A DNA stretch of 64,000 nt. It comes from Prochlorococcus sp. AG-409-L21 (GTDB lineage: Bacteria; Cyanobacteriota; Cyanobacteriia; PCC-6307; Cyanobiaceae). The DNA lies in the NCBI GenBank assembly GCA_003215475.1, contig QCKH01000001.1, positions 76,085 through 140,084 on the forward strand, given 5' to 3'. The translations under genes and the position numbers were made by a program. This document shows, in pieces, positions 10,083 to 21,382 of this stretch (the first letter of the stretch is position 1; each line of letters begins with the position of its first letter). The notes beneath the pieces are model-generated. The model ran no database searches. It was not told the DNA's origin and saw only the letters and a list, made by a program, of their open reading frames with translations.

Positions 10083-13000
10083 TTAAAATTCAGGATTTTG
10101 CTTATCCAAAGCAACTAAGTCATTTAATTCTTCAATACTAAGCTTTTTCAACCAGTTTTCTCCTGAACCGACAATATCTTCAGCTAGTTGAGATTTTTGA
10201 AGAATCATTTGATCGATTTTCTCCTCAATTGAACCTGTGGTAATAAATTTATGGACGACAACACTTTTAGTTTGTCCAATTCTGTATGCGCGATCTGTAG
10301 CTTGGTTTTCTACTGCTGGATTCCACCATCGATCTATATGAAATACATGATTTGCTCTAGTGAGATTTATACCCAATCCTCCTGCTTTTAATGAAAGAAT
10401 AAAGGTGTTTGGTCCGCGTGGGTCTTCCTGAAAACGATCGACCATGGCTTGTCGATTTATTTTAGATGTTCCTCCATGTAGGAATGGGACTTCAGATTCC
10501 CATCTTTTTTCTAAGTATTGTTGAAGTAAGTGTCCCCATTCAGCAAATTGAGTAAACAGTATTGCTCGGTCATTGGATTCAATAATTTCATCAAGTATTT
10601 CTTCTAGTCTTTGTAGTTTGGTTGATCGATTGAGAAAGTTTTTATCAATATTTCTTTCCTTTAAAGCAAGGGCTGGGTGATTGCATATTTGTTTGAGGCG
10701 TGTGAGGAGTCCTAGAGTCTTGCCATGACGTTGACCTAGAGGTGTTGAGGCAATTTCATTAATACTTTGTTCAACAGTGTTGTTATATAAGTGTTCTTGC
10801 TCTTGGCTGAGATGTATCCATTCATTTAATTCAATCTTGCTTGGTAAGTCGGAGATAATTGATTGGTCTGTTTTAAGTCTTCTCAGAATAAAAGGACTTA
10901 CGCGTGCTTTTAAATCTTTCAGAGAAGAAATGTCCCCATAGTGTTCAATGGGTAACTTGTACCTTTGATTAAAAAACTCTTCTTCTCCCAGTACTTTGGG
11001 ATTAAGAAAATCCATTAGTGCCCACAATTCACTAATACGGTTTTCGACTGGGGTACCGGTTAAAGCGATTCTTATTGGGTTGTTTTGGAGATTTTTAGTA
11101 ACTTCTCGAATTGCAATACTTTGCTTTGCTTTGGGATTTTTAATAGCTTGAGCTTCATCAATCACAACTCCTTGCCAGTCGATTATTTTTAATAATTCTC
11201 TATCTCTAAACAGCAACCCATAACTTGTAATGAAGATATCGATTCCATTCAGTGATTTGCGTAAATTCTCTTTGTTAGAACACCGCTTAGGACCATAGTG
11301 TTCAAGCAGTGATAATTTTGGAGTAAATGTTAAAGCTTCTCTTTTCCAATTAGTAAGAACAGATGTAGGGGCTATTAGTAAAATTGGTTTGGAGAGTTTG
11401 TGTTGATTTTTTAGGTGTTGAATAAAAGCTAATAATTGAATAGTTTTTCCAAGGCCCATATCATCGGCTAAACATGCTCCTTGGTTAAACTGATAGAGAA
11501 ATGAAAGCCATCCCAAACCTCTTTCTTGGTAGGGCCGTAATTGTCCAAGGAATCCATTAGGTGCTTTTATAGCTTCTGGTTCTTTTTTATGATGGTATTT
11601 TGCCAAAACTGCTTGAAGTCTGGGCCCGGCTTCAAAGTGATGAACAGGCAGTTTGTTCAGGGTGTTTCCATCAGTGGCCGTAAGATTTAAGGCTTCATTG
11701 AGATTGAGTAATGGTGGATTAGAAAAGAATTTTTCAGCATTTTTTAAATCATTAGGACGTAATTCAATCCAAGTTCCTTTGTGGTTTAAAAGAGGGCTCT
11801 TTTTTTGTGCAAGTTCTTCTAGTTCGTGCATGGTTAAATTTGTGCCCCCAATCATTAACTTCCAATTCCAGCTAAGACTCTCGTCAAGCATTGCTCCTTT
11901 TGAGCTTTCTTTCAGCTCTGCTTTGATTGTTATTCCAAGACGATTTGCTAATCCTTTTGAAAGGCTTGTGGGCAGAAGAACGCTAATACCAAGATCTCGA
12001 AGTTTTTTTGCTTCTGTTCTAATTAAGAGAAATGCTTCAGCAGAAGATAGTTCTGTTTCATTAGGCATTGGGCTCTCTAAGCCTCTTTCTATTGCAGGAA
12101 AAATGGTGAGAGTTCTTCCAAGACCTTCTAGAAGAAGTTCACTTGGCTTTTCAATTTTTATACCATCAATTTCTATTGTTTCTGAGCCTGCGTCCCAAAC
12201 TTGAGCTGCAGGAATTTTAACTTGAGGGTTAGATTCTGCTTGCAAGAAGAATTTCAATCTCCATGGTTGCGTATCATTAGAGGGTGCTTTGAGCTCAAGA
12301 CATGTTTTTGCGGAACTAAGGTTAGGAGACAACCCACTCTTCCAATTCTTTGTAGCATTTGCTAATCGCTTTACAGCTTCATTGGATAGATCAATGTATC
12401 CATTATCCGATCCAAGCGCTTTTTGCCATGCATTCAGTAGTGGGTCAAGATTGTTAGTACTTGGCTGAAAATTTTCTCGTAATTGCGCATCAATAATTTC
12501 TTCAAGAAGACTAATGACTTCGAAATGTTGATTGTGTGGACGCCATGAAGCAAGTGGATTTAGATATCTGTGTGTCTTAAATGTTGAGGATGCTTTGTTG
12601 CTTATATTTTCCTCTTCTTTGTTTTTCCATGGAAGGGACGAAAGAACAACTAAAGGCATTGTTTCGACAAATGTTTCTAATCGTTTTCGCTCATTTTCTT
12701 GATTTAGTAATGGAACCCAGCGAGCCCTATGGTGTGATGTTTCTTCTTTGTTTAATTCCACTTGGGGGAGCCACAAACCATTGGCTATAAGTTTTAAAGC
12801 CCATCGTTGTAAATGTGTCCACCACAGTATTTCTTCGCTTAGATTTGTATTTTTTATAGATAAAGGTAACTTAGAGAGCCATCTTGAGGCTTCCAAAGGG
12901 CTTAAGGTGAGTCCATTTATTTTCCATGGCCACCATTCATATTTTGTTGGGATTGTTTCCTCAGCTTGTAGTGGTAGGACACTAAAAATTGCTTCAGATT

Positions 13001-13259
13001 TGTTTGTTTTATTATCAATATGCTTACTAGGTAATGTCAGAGATGCTGATGAATCAGTTGTGTTGTTAGGTAATAATTGTTGCTCAGTCAGCCAATCTTT
13101 TAATTCTTTTGATGATAGGGAAAATGGATGCAAAGCTGGTTCATCTCTTGGTTGTTCAGGGTTTGCTATTCGCCATGTATCTGCCCATAGAAATATAGCT
13201 GGTTTGATCTCCGACAAACCTCTGGGATTTCGCAACCAAGTTGCGTGAAGCAAGCTCAT
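10083..13259 (-). CDS. SNF2-family (SF2) helicase/ATPase
   Basis: LRPYQ, LADDMGLGKT, DEAQ, LTGTPVEN, GGLGINLT, WWNPAVENQATDRAYRIGQ. Confidence 0.96.
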   Translation of the reverse strand: MSLLHATWLRNPRGLSEIKPAIFLWADTWRIANPEQPRDEPALHPFSLSSKELKDWLTEQQLLPNNTTDSSASLTLPSKHIDNKTNKSEAIFSVLPLQAEETIPTKYEWWPWKINGLTLSPLEASRWLSKLPLSIKNTNLSEEILWWTHLQRWALKLIANGLWLPQVELNKEETSHHRARWVPLLNQENERKRLETFVETMPLVVLSSLPWKNKEEENISNKASSTFKTHRYLNPLASWRPHNQHFEVISLLEEIIDAQLRENFQPSTNNLDPLLNAWQKALGSDNGYIDLSNEAVKRLANATKNWKSGLSPNLSSAKTCLELKAPSNDTQPWRLKFFLQAESNPQVKIPAAQVWDAGSETIEIDGIKIEKPSELLLEGLGRTLTIFPAIERGLESPMPNETELSSAEAFLLIRTEAKKLRDLGISVLLPTSLSKGLANRLGITIKAELKESSKGAMLDESLSWNWKLMIGGTNLTMHELEELAQKKSPLLNHKGTWIELRPNDLKNAEKFFSNPPLLNLNEALNLTATDGNTLNKLPVHHFEAGPRLQAVLAKYHHKKEPEAIKAPNGFLGQLRPYQERGLGWLSFLYQFNQGACLADDMGLGKTIQLLAFIQHLKNQHKLSKPILLIAPTSVLTNWKREALTFTPKLSLLEHYGPKRCSNKENLRKSLNGIDIFITSYGLLFRDRELLKIIDWQGVVIDEAQAIKNPKAKQSIAIREVTKNLQNNPIRIALTGTPVENRISELWALMDFLNPKVLGEEEFFNQRYKLPIEHYGDISSLKDLKARVSPFILRRLKTDQSIISDLPSKIELNEWIHLSQEQEHLYNNTVEQSINEIASTPLGQRHGKTLGLLTRLKQICNHPALALKERNIDKNFLNRSTKLQRLEEILDEIIESNDRAILFTQFAEWGHLLQQYLEKRWESEVPFLHGGTSKINRQAMVDRFQEDPRGPNTFILSLKAGGLGINLTRANHVFHIDRWWNPAVENQATDRAYRIGQTKSVVVHKFITTGSIEEKIDQMILQKSQLAEDIVGSGENWLKKLSIEELNDLVALDKQNPEF

Positions 13260-13453
13260 AGAATGGATGTATGAAACATTAATCTTTTTGTTTGTAATCC
13301 CTTAGTAGCAAGCAATAAAAAAAATGATTTTTAGAAATCTCATAGCTAATAATGGCAGTTCTTTAGCTAGATTTTATGAGAAGCTAGTTAGTTGTTGTCG
13401 TTTATGAACTTGCATCATGTTTGGTGCTTGTTTTGCAAACTCCTAAATTTGTT

Positions 13454-16129
13454 ATGGCAGTTGGACGATTGTTGTCAGAATCTAAGATGAAACCTCTTAA
13501 AGGAGATGAGATAAGAGCTGCTTTTTTGAAATTTTTTGAAAAGCGTGGTCATCAAATTATACCTAGTGCATCTTTGATTCCCGAAGATCCAACAGTTTTA
13601 CTGACAATTGCAGGAATGCTACCTTTTAAACCTGTTTTTTTAGGACAACAAGAAAGGCCTGCTGCAAGAGCAACAACTAGTCAGAAATGTATAAGGACAA
13701 ATGATATAGAAAATGTTGGTCATACTGCAAGACACCATACTTTTTTTGAGATGTTGGGGAACTTTTCTTTCGGTGACTATTTTAAAAAGGAGGCAATTCA
13801 ATGGGCTTGGGAGTTAAGTACAAATGTTTTTGGTTTAGATCCAAAGAATATAGTAGTTAGTGTGTTTCGAGACGATGATGAAGCTGTAGATATTTGGAAG
13901 GATGTTGTTGGTATAAACCCTAGCCGAATTATTAGAATGGATGAAGAAGATAACTTTTGGTCCTCAGGAGTAACTGGACCATGTGGTCCTTGTTCAGAAC
14001 TTTATTATGATTTTCGACCAGAACTTGGTGATGACAATATTGACTTAGAAGATGATAGTCGATTTATAGAATTTTATAACTTAGTTTTTATGCAAAATAA
14101 TCGTGATGCTGATGGAGTTTTGACATCACTATCACATTGCAATATAGATACCGGTATGGGTTTAGAGAGAATGGCGCAGATTTTACAAGGGGTTCCTAAT
14201 AATTATGAAACGGATTTAATTTTGCCACTATTAGAAAAGGTTGCATCTTTAATTGGTGTTGACTATGCCGAGCTTGCCGAAAATGAAAAAATATCTTTTA
14301 AGGTTATTGGTGACCATATGCGGGCATGTGTTCATTTGATTAGTGATGGAGTCTCTGCAAGTAATTTGGGTCGTGGTTATATCTTAAGACGACTACTTAG
14401 ACGGGTTATTAGACATGGTCGTTTACTTGGAATTAAAAAACTCTTTTTAAATGATATTGCTGAGGTGGCTATTCAGTTAATGCAGAACTCTTACCCTGAG
14501 TTGTTAGAAAGACGAGAAATAATTTTTTCAGAACTTCAGAGAGAAGAAATTCGTTTCCTTCAGACTTTGGAAAGAGGTGAAAAGTTATTAACTGATTTGC
14601 TTGCTAGCCGGCCAAAGGAAATTACAGGGGAGCAAGCATTTGAGTTGTATGACACATATGGATTCCCAGTTGAATTGACAGAAGAAATTGCTGAGGAAAA
14701 TTCTTTAAAAGTTGATTTACAGGGATTTCATGCAGCAATGGATAAGCAGCGTCAACGAGCGAAATCTTCTAGTACAACTATTGATTTGACCCTACAAGAT
14801 GCTATAGACAAGGTTGTTTGTGAACTTGGTGAAACGCATTTCTTGGGTTATGAAAAATTAGAGCAATTAGGCAAGGTACAAGCAATAGTTGTTAACGGAA
14901 TTACTTCTACACAATGTAAGGAAGGTGACCAAATAGATTTGGTTCTTGACAGCACTCCTTTCTATGGAGAAGGAGGTGGGCAAATAGGAGATAAAGGCAT
15001 TATTAGCTCTACTAATATGGACTTAAATTGTGTGATTGAAATTGATACAGTACGTCGTATCAAAGGCGTTTTTGTGCATTCTGGGATTGTTCAGTTTGGT
15101 CAGTTGAACTTGCAAGATGTTGTTCACAGTAGAGTTGATTATTTTGCACGTAGACGTGCTCAAGCAAACCATACATCTACTCATTTATTACAGTCTGCTT
15201 TAAAACAAGTAGTAGATCCAAATATCACCCAAGCAGGTTCTTTAGTAAGTTTTGATCGCTTACGTTTTGATTTTCATTCCCCACGATCAGTTGAATTACA
15301 TGAATTGGAAAAAGTTGAACAGCTAATAAATTCTTGGATATCCGAAGGACATTCTTTGATGGTCAGTGAAATGACTCTTGATGATGCCAAGCGTGCTGGA
15401 GCTGTAGCAATGTTTGGTGAAAAGTATGGTTCAACAGTTCGTGTAGTTGATGTCCCAGGAGTGTCTATGGAATTATGTGGTGGTACTCATGTTAATAATA
15501 CAGCTGAAATAGGATTATTTAAGATCGTTAGTGAAACAGGAATAGCTGCAGGTATTCGTAGAATTGAGGCTGTTGCAGGACAAGGTGTACTGAATTATTT
15601 AAATGATCGTGATGTAGTTGTTAAAACATTAAGTGAAAGATTTAAAGCACAATCTAATGAGATTGTAGATCGAGTAATTGCATTACAACATGAAGTAAAG
15701 TCTTTAAGTAAATCTCTCATCCAAGCTCAAGATGAAATTGTCTCTTATAAGGTCTTAGCATTAAAAAGCAAAGTAATAACTCAAGGGAAAAACCAATTTA
15801 TTGTGGAACGTTTAGATAGTATGACTGGAAATGAATTACAGTCTGCAGCCTTAAATTTAATTGATCAATTAGGGGATTATTCAGCAGTAGTATTTGCCGG
15901 AATACCTGATTTAACGGATAACACAAAAGTTCTTTTAGTAGCTGCTTTTGGATCAGAGATAGTCAATCAGGGCCTACATGCCGGTAAATTTCTTGCTCCA
16001 ATAGCTAAATTATGTGGCGGTGGTGGTGGCGGACGTCCAAACTTGGCACAAGCTGGTGGTAGAGACCCTAAAGAACTTGAGTCAGCTTTACTTGCTGCAA
16101 AAGAATTGTTGATTAAAAAATTAAATTGA
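13454..16129 (+). CDS. alaS: Alanine--tRNA ligase (start 13454 or 13487; ORF open from 13421)
   Basis: HHTFFEMLGNFSFGDYFK, DTGMGLER, ELCGGTH, GGGGG..AQAGG. Confidence 0.98.
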   Translation: MAVGRLLSESKMKPLKGDEIRAAFLKFFEKRGHQIIPSASLIPEDPTVLLTIAGMLPFKPVFLGQQERPAARATTSQKCIRTNDIENVGHTARHHTFFEMLGNFSFGDYFKKEAIQWAWELSTNVFGLDPKNIVVSVFRDDDEAVDIWKDVVGINPSRIIRMDEEDNFWSSGVTGPCGPCSELYYDFRPELGDDNIDLEDDSRFIEFYNLVFMQNNRDADGVLTSLSHCNIDTGMGLERMAQILQGVPNNYETDLILPLLEKVASLIGVDYAELAENEKISFKVIGDHMRACVHLISDGVSASNLGRGYILRRLLRRVIRHGRLLGIKKLFLNDIAEVAIQLMQNSYPELLERREIIFSELQREEIRFLQTLERGEKLLTDLLASRPKEITGEQAFELYDTYGFPVELTEEIAEENSLKVDLQGFHAAMDKQRQRAKSSSTTIDLTLQDAIDKVVCELGETHFLGYEKLEQLGKVQAIVVNGITSTQCKEGDQIDLVLDSTPFYGEGGGQIGDKGIISSTNMDLNCVIEIDTVRRIKGVFVHSGIVQFGQLNLQDVVHSRVDYFARRRAQANHTSTHLLQSALKQVVDPNITQAGSLVSFDRLRFDFHSPRSVELHELEKVEQLINSWISEGHSLMVSEMTLDDAKRAGAVAMFGEKYGSTVRVVDVPGVSMELCGGTHVNNTAEIGLFKIVSETGIAAGIRRIEAVAGQGVLNYLNDRDVVVKTLSERFKAQSNEIVDRVIALQHEVKSLSKSLIQAQDEIVSYKVLALKSKVITQGKNQFIVERLDSMTGNELQSAALNLIDQLGDYSAVVFAGIPDLTDNTKVLLVAAFGSEIVNQGLHAGKFLAPIAKLCGGGGGGRPNLAQAGGRDPKELESALLAAKELLIKKLN

Positions 16130-16131
16130 CC

Positions 16132-18120
16132 TTACTCTTGTAGATATGTGCTTTTTCGTAGACTAACTTCTATATGCTCTATTAAACGTTGTGCATCATT
16201 GATTTTAAGGGTTCCTTTTTGTATTGCTAATTCGCTAGCCATTCTCAGCCTTTCCAATAATTGTTCAGAATCATATTCCACTGCATGAAGTACATCGCCT
16301 TTGGTATTTCCTTTAACTACATGGTCAAGTTTATATTTCCCATCTTTAGTTAAACGAATATGTACAGCATTAGTGCTCCCAAATAAGTTATGAAGATTAC
16401 CCATGATTTCTTGATAGGCTCCTCCCAGAAACATTCCTATTAAATAATCCTCATTTGTTTTGAGGCTGTGTAATTCGAGTAAAGACTTTACTTTTCCATT
16501 ATCAATAAATCGTTCCAATTTTCCATCAGAATCGCATGTTAGGTCTGCAAAATGACCCAGCTGATTTGGCTTCTCGTTTAGTCGATGAATAGGCATCATA
16601 GGGAATAATTGCTCGATTGCCCAAGTGTCTGGTGCCGAACGAAAAATAGATATATTTGCATAATATGTCTCTCCAAGCGTGGCATTCAGCACTCGAAGAT
16701 CTTCTGGAATTAATGAATTATTTGGTATGTGCGCAATTATTTTTTTAGCACAAGCCCATGTGAGTTGTTCAGCTGTAGCTCTTGTAGTTAAATCTATAAA
16801 TCCTAGTCTAAATGCTGCGAGTGCGTCTTCTTTAAATTTGAGGGCATCATTCCATGCTTCTTGAAGCTTGGAAATATCAATGCTTGTATGATTACAAATG
16901 TCTTGGAGAGTGTTTAGGGTATCTCGCAGGTTTTTGACACTTAGACATTCATTACCATTGATAGGAGGTATTTCTGTAGATATGGATGTTGTGCCTAATA
17001 TGTTGAAAACTAGAACTGAAAAGTGACTGGAAAGAGCTCGCCCACTTTCACTGATTAATCTTGGTACTTTTACATTATTGGATTCACAACATTCTTGAAT
17101 CGTTGCGACTACATCATTGGCGTAGTTTTGCAATGAATAATTAGTAGAAGCAGGACTTGCTGTGCGACTACCATCGTAGTCTACGCCAAGTCCACCACCT
17201 ACATCTAAAAACCCCATTGGTGCACCAAGACGATTTAATTCAACATAAATTTGACTAGCTTCTTGTAATGCATTTTTGAGTACGGCAATGTCATTAATTT
17301 GGCTGCCAATATGAAAATGCAACAAAGTTAACTCGTTTAGTAGGCCTTCTGAATTTAATTGGTTAACTGCTTGCAGAATTTCTGGTATTGATAATCCAAA
17401 TTTAGACTTCTCTCCTATTGACGTTCCCCACCTTCCACTACTTTGGCTGGAAAGTTTTGCTCGAATACCAATGAGTGGTGCAGCACCTAATATTTTATTA
17501 GCTTTAATAATACGTTGCACTTCATCAGGTTGCTCAATAACGATGATGGGTTGTCTTCCTAGTTGACGTGCAAGAATTGCAGTTTCTATATAGCGTTCAT
17601 CTTTGTAGCCATTACAAATAAGTAATGCTTTTGGATCATTTATTAGAGAAAGTGCGATTAGGAGCTCTGCTTTACTACCAGCTTCTAAGCCAAAATGCCA
17701 CTTTTGACCAATGGCTAATATCTTTTCGACAACATGACGCTGTTGATTACATTTGATAGGGAATACTCCTTGGTAAATGTTGTTATACTCATATTTTTTT
17801 AAAGCATCTTCAAAAGCTTTTTGTAATTTCTTCAGCCTGTCTTCAAGAATGTCATCAAACCTGAGTAATAAAGGTGGGGTAAGGTTTCTTCCTTTTAATT
17901 CATTTAGGAGATGTGTGAGATCAAGGCCTTCTTTATCTTTCCCTTGTGGACTAACGCAGATATTGCCAGCTTTATTAATTGAGAAATAATCGTTTCCCCA
18001 TCGTTCAAGTCCATACAATAATGAACTGTCTTGTACAGTCCATTCCGATTGATCAGTATTAGTCTTTGATTTAGTCAAGTGATAAGAAGAAAATAGATAT
18101 AAAAACTTGATTTGGTTCAA
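16132..18120 (-). CDS. speA: Biosynthetic arginine decarboxylase (likely start TTG at 18078)
   Basis: FPIKCNQ, GLEAGSKAEL, HFHIGSQI, DVGGGLGVDYDG, DLTCDSDG. Confidence 0.96.
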   Translation of the reverse strand: MNQIKFLYLFSSYHLTKSKTNTDQSEWTVQDSSLLYGLERWGNDYFSINKAGNICVSPQGKDKEGLDLTHLLNELKGRNLTPPLLLRFDDILEDRLKKLQKAFEDALKKYEYNNIYQGVFPIKCNQQRHVVEKILAIGQKWHFGLEAGSKAELLIALSLINDPKALLICNGYKDERYIETAILARQLGRQPIIVIEQPDEVQRIIKANKILGAAPLIGIRAKLSSQSSGRWGTSIGEKSKFGLSIPEILQAVNQLNSEGLLNELTLLHFHIGSQINDIAVLKNALQEASQIYVELNRLGAPMGFLDVGGGLGVDYDGSRTASPASTNYSLQNYANDVVATIQECCESNNVKVPRLISESGRALSSHFSVLVFNILGTTSISTEIPPINGNECLSVKNLRDTLNTLQDICNHTSIDISKLQEAWNDALKFKEDALAAFRLGFIDLTTRATAEQLTWACAKKIIAHIPNNSLIPEDLRVLNATLGETYYANISIFRSAPDTWAIEQLFPMMPIHRLNEKPNQLGHFADLTCDSDGKLERFIDNGKVKSLLELHSLKTNEDYLIGMFLGGAYQEIMGNLHNLFGSTNAVHIRLTKDGKYKLDHVVKGNTKGDVLHAVEYDSEQLLERLRMASELAIQKGTLKINDAQRLIEHIEVSLRKSTYLQE

Positions 18121-18225
18121 GCTTTATTCATAAGTCTAAGAAAAGTTTTATTTAATCCTATTGTTTTACTTGCCAAGAGGGTACTTTCCAGAAGACGATA
18201 CTTCAATTATTAATTTTTTGTTTTT

Positions 18226-18681
18226 ATGGATGTTGAAAGAACTTTTCTTGCGATCAAGCCTGATGGAGTACAGAGGGGTTTGGTTGGTGAGATTTTGGCA
18301 CGATTTGAACGTAAGGGATTTAAGTTAGTTGCGTTAAAACAATTAATTCCAAGCAAGGAATTAGCTGAACAACATTATGGTGTTCATAAGGAACGCCCAT
18401 TTTTTGAAGGGTTGGTTCACTTCATAACAAGTGGCCCAGTAGTTGCAATGGTTTGGGAAGGTGAAGGCGTAATTGCAAGTGCTAGAAAAATAATAGGTTC
18501 GACAAAACCTCTTGAAGCAGACCCAGGAACTATTAGGGGTGATTTAGCTATCAATATTGGTCGAAATGTGATTCATGGATCGGATGGACCTGAAACCGCG
18601 GCTTTTGAAATTGGTTTGTGGTTTAGTTCTTCTGAATTAATTGATTGGAGACCATCTGATTACGCTTGGAGAGTTGAATGA
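18226..18681 (+). CDS. ndk: Nucleoside diphosphate kinase
   Basis: [30 protein letters not shown]. Confidence 0.98.
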   Translation: MDVERTFLAIKPDGVQRGLVGEILARFERKGFKLVALKQLIPSKELAEQHYGVHKERPFFEGLVHFITSGPVVAMVWEGEGVIASARKIIGSTKPLEADPGTIRGDLAINIGRNVIHGSDGPETAAFEIGLWFSSSELIDWRPSDYAWRVE

Positions 18682-18689
18682 ATTTAAGT

Positions 18690-19802
18690 TCATTGAGATT
18701 GAAATCGATTCCAATTGAATGCTTGAAGTAGAGAATTTTCTTCAGCGCTTAAACTTTCTTTGCAAATACTTTTGGCTAATAATTCAGCTGTGATAGCTGA
18801 TAGTAGAACCCCATTGCGGTGGTGGCCAGTTGCAAGCCAAAGACCTTTCAAAGAAGACTGACCAAGTATTGGCCCTTCATCGGGAGTGCATGGGCGAAAT
18901 CCCCACCATCGCTCCATTCTTGGCCATGAACTTGCAATCGGAAGTAAAGAATTCAATCCAGCCTGTAATTGACTTTGACCATATGGTGTTAAACCTTCTT
19001 CAAACCCTGCATGTTTTTCAGTTGTTGCACCTACTACTATTAGCCCATCTTCACGAGGAACTAAGTAAGTTCCAGGACCAAATAAGATTCTTTTGAGTAC
19101 ATCTTTAGGCCCCTGAATTGAAAACATTTGCCCTTTTACAGGGAAAACAGGCAGTGCATTTAATAGATAATTGCTCCAAGCTCCGCTGCATAAAATTGCT
19201 TCATTTGCAGGTAGTGATTGTATTTGGCCTTCAGCAGTTCTTATATATACCCCTTCAAACACTTTTTTATTGTTTAGGATTTCTAAAACTTCAATTCCTT
19301 CTTGAAATCTGACTCCTAATCCCACGCAAGCTTTTTCAAGAGCTCGCATTAGTCTCCTTCTATTGTCGATTTGTCCATCTTTTTTGAATAATATTCCACT
19401 TTGCCATTGAGAATGTATTCCGGGTATTTGCTCATTAAGTTCTTTGTGATTAAGACTTTCTCCTAATGATGAAGTGGGATATATATCTCTATCTTCGATA
19501 TTTAAAAAAGGAACAACTATTCCACATTGTCTAAGGCCACAGGAGATACCACTATCAGCTTCTATTTTTTCTACCCACTTTGGTATTTGTTTTAGGCTGA
19601 GTTGCCCTAAACGTAGAAGGTTGCCTTTCAAGCCTTCTGCATGGGGTGCAAGCATTCCTGCGGCTACAAATCCTGCCGCCTCATTTCTTCGTTTGCTTAA
19701 AACTTCTACAGAACGACCTTTATGGGCTAATGCATGAGCCAATGATAGCCCAATTAAGCCACCACCTAGGATTAGTAATGGTTTTTTGCTTGCATGAGCC
19801 AT
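18690..19802 (-). CDS. thiO: Glycine oxidase (thiamine biosynthesis)
   Basis: GGGLIG FAD motif, AAGMLAP, GFRPCTPD, GHHRNGVLL. Confidence 0.9.
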   Translation of the reverse strand: MAHASKKPLLILGGGLIGLSLAHALAHKGRSVEVLSKRRNEAAGFVAAGMLAPHAEGLKGNLLRLGQLSLKQIPKWVEKIEADSGISCGLRQCGIVVPFLNIEDRDIYPTSSLGESLNHKELNEQIPGIHSQWQSGILFKKDGQIDNRRRLMRALEKACVGLGVRFQEGIEVLEILNNKKVFEGVYIRTAEGQIQSLPANEAILCSGAWSNYLLNALPVFPVKGQMFSIQGPKDVLKRILFGPGTYLVPREDGLIVVGATTEKHAGFEEGLTPYGQSQLQAGLNSLLPIASSWPRMERWWGFRPCTPDEGPILGQSSLKGLWLATGHHRNGVLLSAITAELLAKSICKESLSAEENSLLQAFNWNRFQSQ

Positions 19803-19906
19803 TGTTTAGGCTGGATTATTAGTGATTGTGGGTCTTCCAGATCAAGATGTCTATCCAATTTGATCTTCTTTTCCATAGGATACATGTATGAATTTTTTTC
19901 TGGGCA

Positions 19907-21382
19907 ATGTCTGAAGTTACAACTGATTGGGAAGCTGTTATTGGTTTAGAGACTCATGTCCAATTAGCAACTGAAAGCAAGATCTTCACATCTGCTTCTA
20001 CTTCTTTTGGAGATGAGCCTAATACTCATATTGATCCTGTTGTTTGCGGTCTCCCAGGCACTCTCCCAGTACTAAATAAAAAAGTTCTTGAATATGCTGT
20101 TAAAGCAGCGATGGCATTGAATTTGAAAATAGCCAAACATTGTAAGTTTGATAGAAAGCAATATTTTTACCCGGATCTTCCAAAGAATTATCAGATTTCA
20201 CAGTTTGATGAACCGATTGCAGAAGAAGGTTGGATAGAAGTAGAAATAGCAGAGAAAGGAAAAGAGACTTATTTAAAGAAGATTGGCATTGAAAGATTAC
20301 ATATGGAAGAAGATGCAGGAAAATTAGTTCATGCTGGCAGTGATCGATTAGCTGGTTCTAAGTATTCATTAGTTGATTACAATCGAGCTGGTGTTGCTTT
20401 GGCTGAGATAGTTAGTAAGCCCGATTTGCGAACAGGTAGAGAAGCATCTGAGTATGCTTCTGAAATAAGAAGGATAGTTAGATATTTAGGAGTGTCTGAT
20501 GGCAACATGCAAGAAGGTTCATTGAGATGTGATGTAAATATCTCAGTAAGGCAAGGACCTGAGGCTCCTTTTGGGACAAAAGTGGAAATCAAAAATATGA
20601 ATTCGTTTTCAGCGATTCAGAAGGCCTGTGATTATGAGATTGATCGTCAAATAAAAACTTACGAAAGTGGTGGCAAAGTACATCAGGAAACAAGACTGTG
20701 GGATGAGAGTAAGCAACTGACAAAAAGTATGAGATCTAAGGAGGGGAGTAGTGACTATCGTTATTTTCCAGATCCAGACTTAGGACCAATAGAAGTTAGT
20801 AGTGAACTTTGTGATAAATGGCGATCCGAATTACCTGAATTACCCGCTGCTAAGCGTCATAGATATGCTGATGAATTAGGTCTTTCTTCTTATGACGCAA
20901 GAGTATTAACAGATGACTTTCAAATGGCAAGATATTTTGAAGCTGTTGTTTCTTGTGGGGTAGAGGCGAAGCAAGCTGCAAATTGGATTACTGGAGATAT
21001 TGCAGCTTATGTTAATTCAAAGAAAATTAATTTTGATGATCTTTTATTTACTCCAGAACAATTATCGGAAATGATCCACTTGATAAAAGAAGGGAAGATT
21101 AGTGGAAAAATAGGAAAGGAAATTCTGCCAGAATTGTTAGAAAAAGGAGGATTTCCAAAGAAAATTGTAGATTCTAGAGGTCTTGGAATGATTAGTGACC
21201 CTAGCTTGATTGAAGACATCATAGAAGAAATATTATCTAGTCATCCAAAAGAAGTCGAAGCTTTTCGCTCAGGGAAGTCAAAACTTCAGGGTTTCTTTGT
21301 GGGTCAATTAATGAAAAAAACTAGTGGGAAAGCTGATCCAAAGCTTGCAAATCAGATTCTTGCCCGTAAACTTCAACATTAA
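19907..21382 (+). CDS. gatB: Asp/Glu-tRNA amidotransferase subunit B
   Basis: IGLETHVQL, FDRKQYFYPDLPK, GSLRCDVNIS, DYRYFPDPDL. Confidence 0.98.
   Translation: MSEVTTDWEAVIGLETHVQLATESKIFTSASTSFGDEPNTHIDPVVCGLPGTLPVLNKKVLEYAVKAAMALNLKIAKHCKFDRKQYFYPDLPKNYQISQFDEPIAEEGWIEVEIAEKGKETYLKKIGIERLHMEEDAGKLVHAGSDRLAGSKYSLVDYNRAGVALAEIVSKPDLRTGREASEYASEIRRIVRYLGVSDGNMQEGSLRCDVNISVRQGPEAPFGTKVEIKNMNSFSAIQKACDYEIDRQIKTYESGGKVHQETRLWDESKQLTKSMRSKEGSSDYRYFPDPDLGPIEVSSELCDKWRSELPELPAAKRHRYADELGLSSYDARVLTDDFQMARYFEAVVSCGVEAKQAANWITGDIAAYVNSKKINFDDLLFTPEQLSEMIHLIKEGKISGKIGKEILPELLEKGGFPKKIVDSRGLGMISDPSLIEDIIEEILSSHPKEVEAFRSGKSKLQGFFVGQLMKKTSGKADPKLANQILARKLQH

Noticed and set aside
11653-13248. Long antisense ORFs (183 aa and 166 aa) inside the SNF2 gene, and similar shadow ORFs across the window
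   Set aside because: Fully antisense to well-supported genes, no recognisable motifs; expected from codon bias
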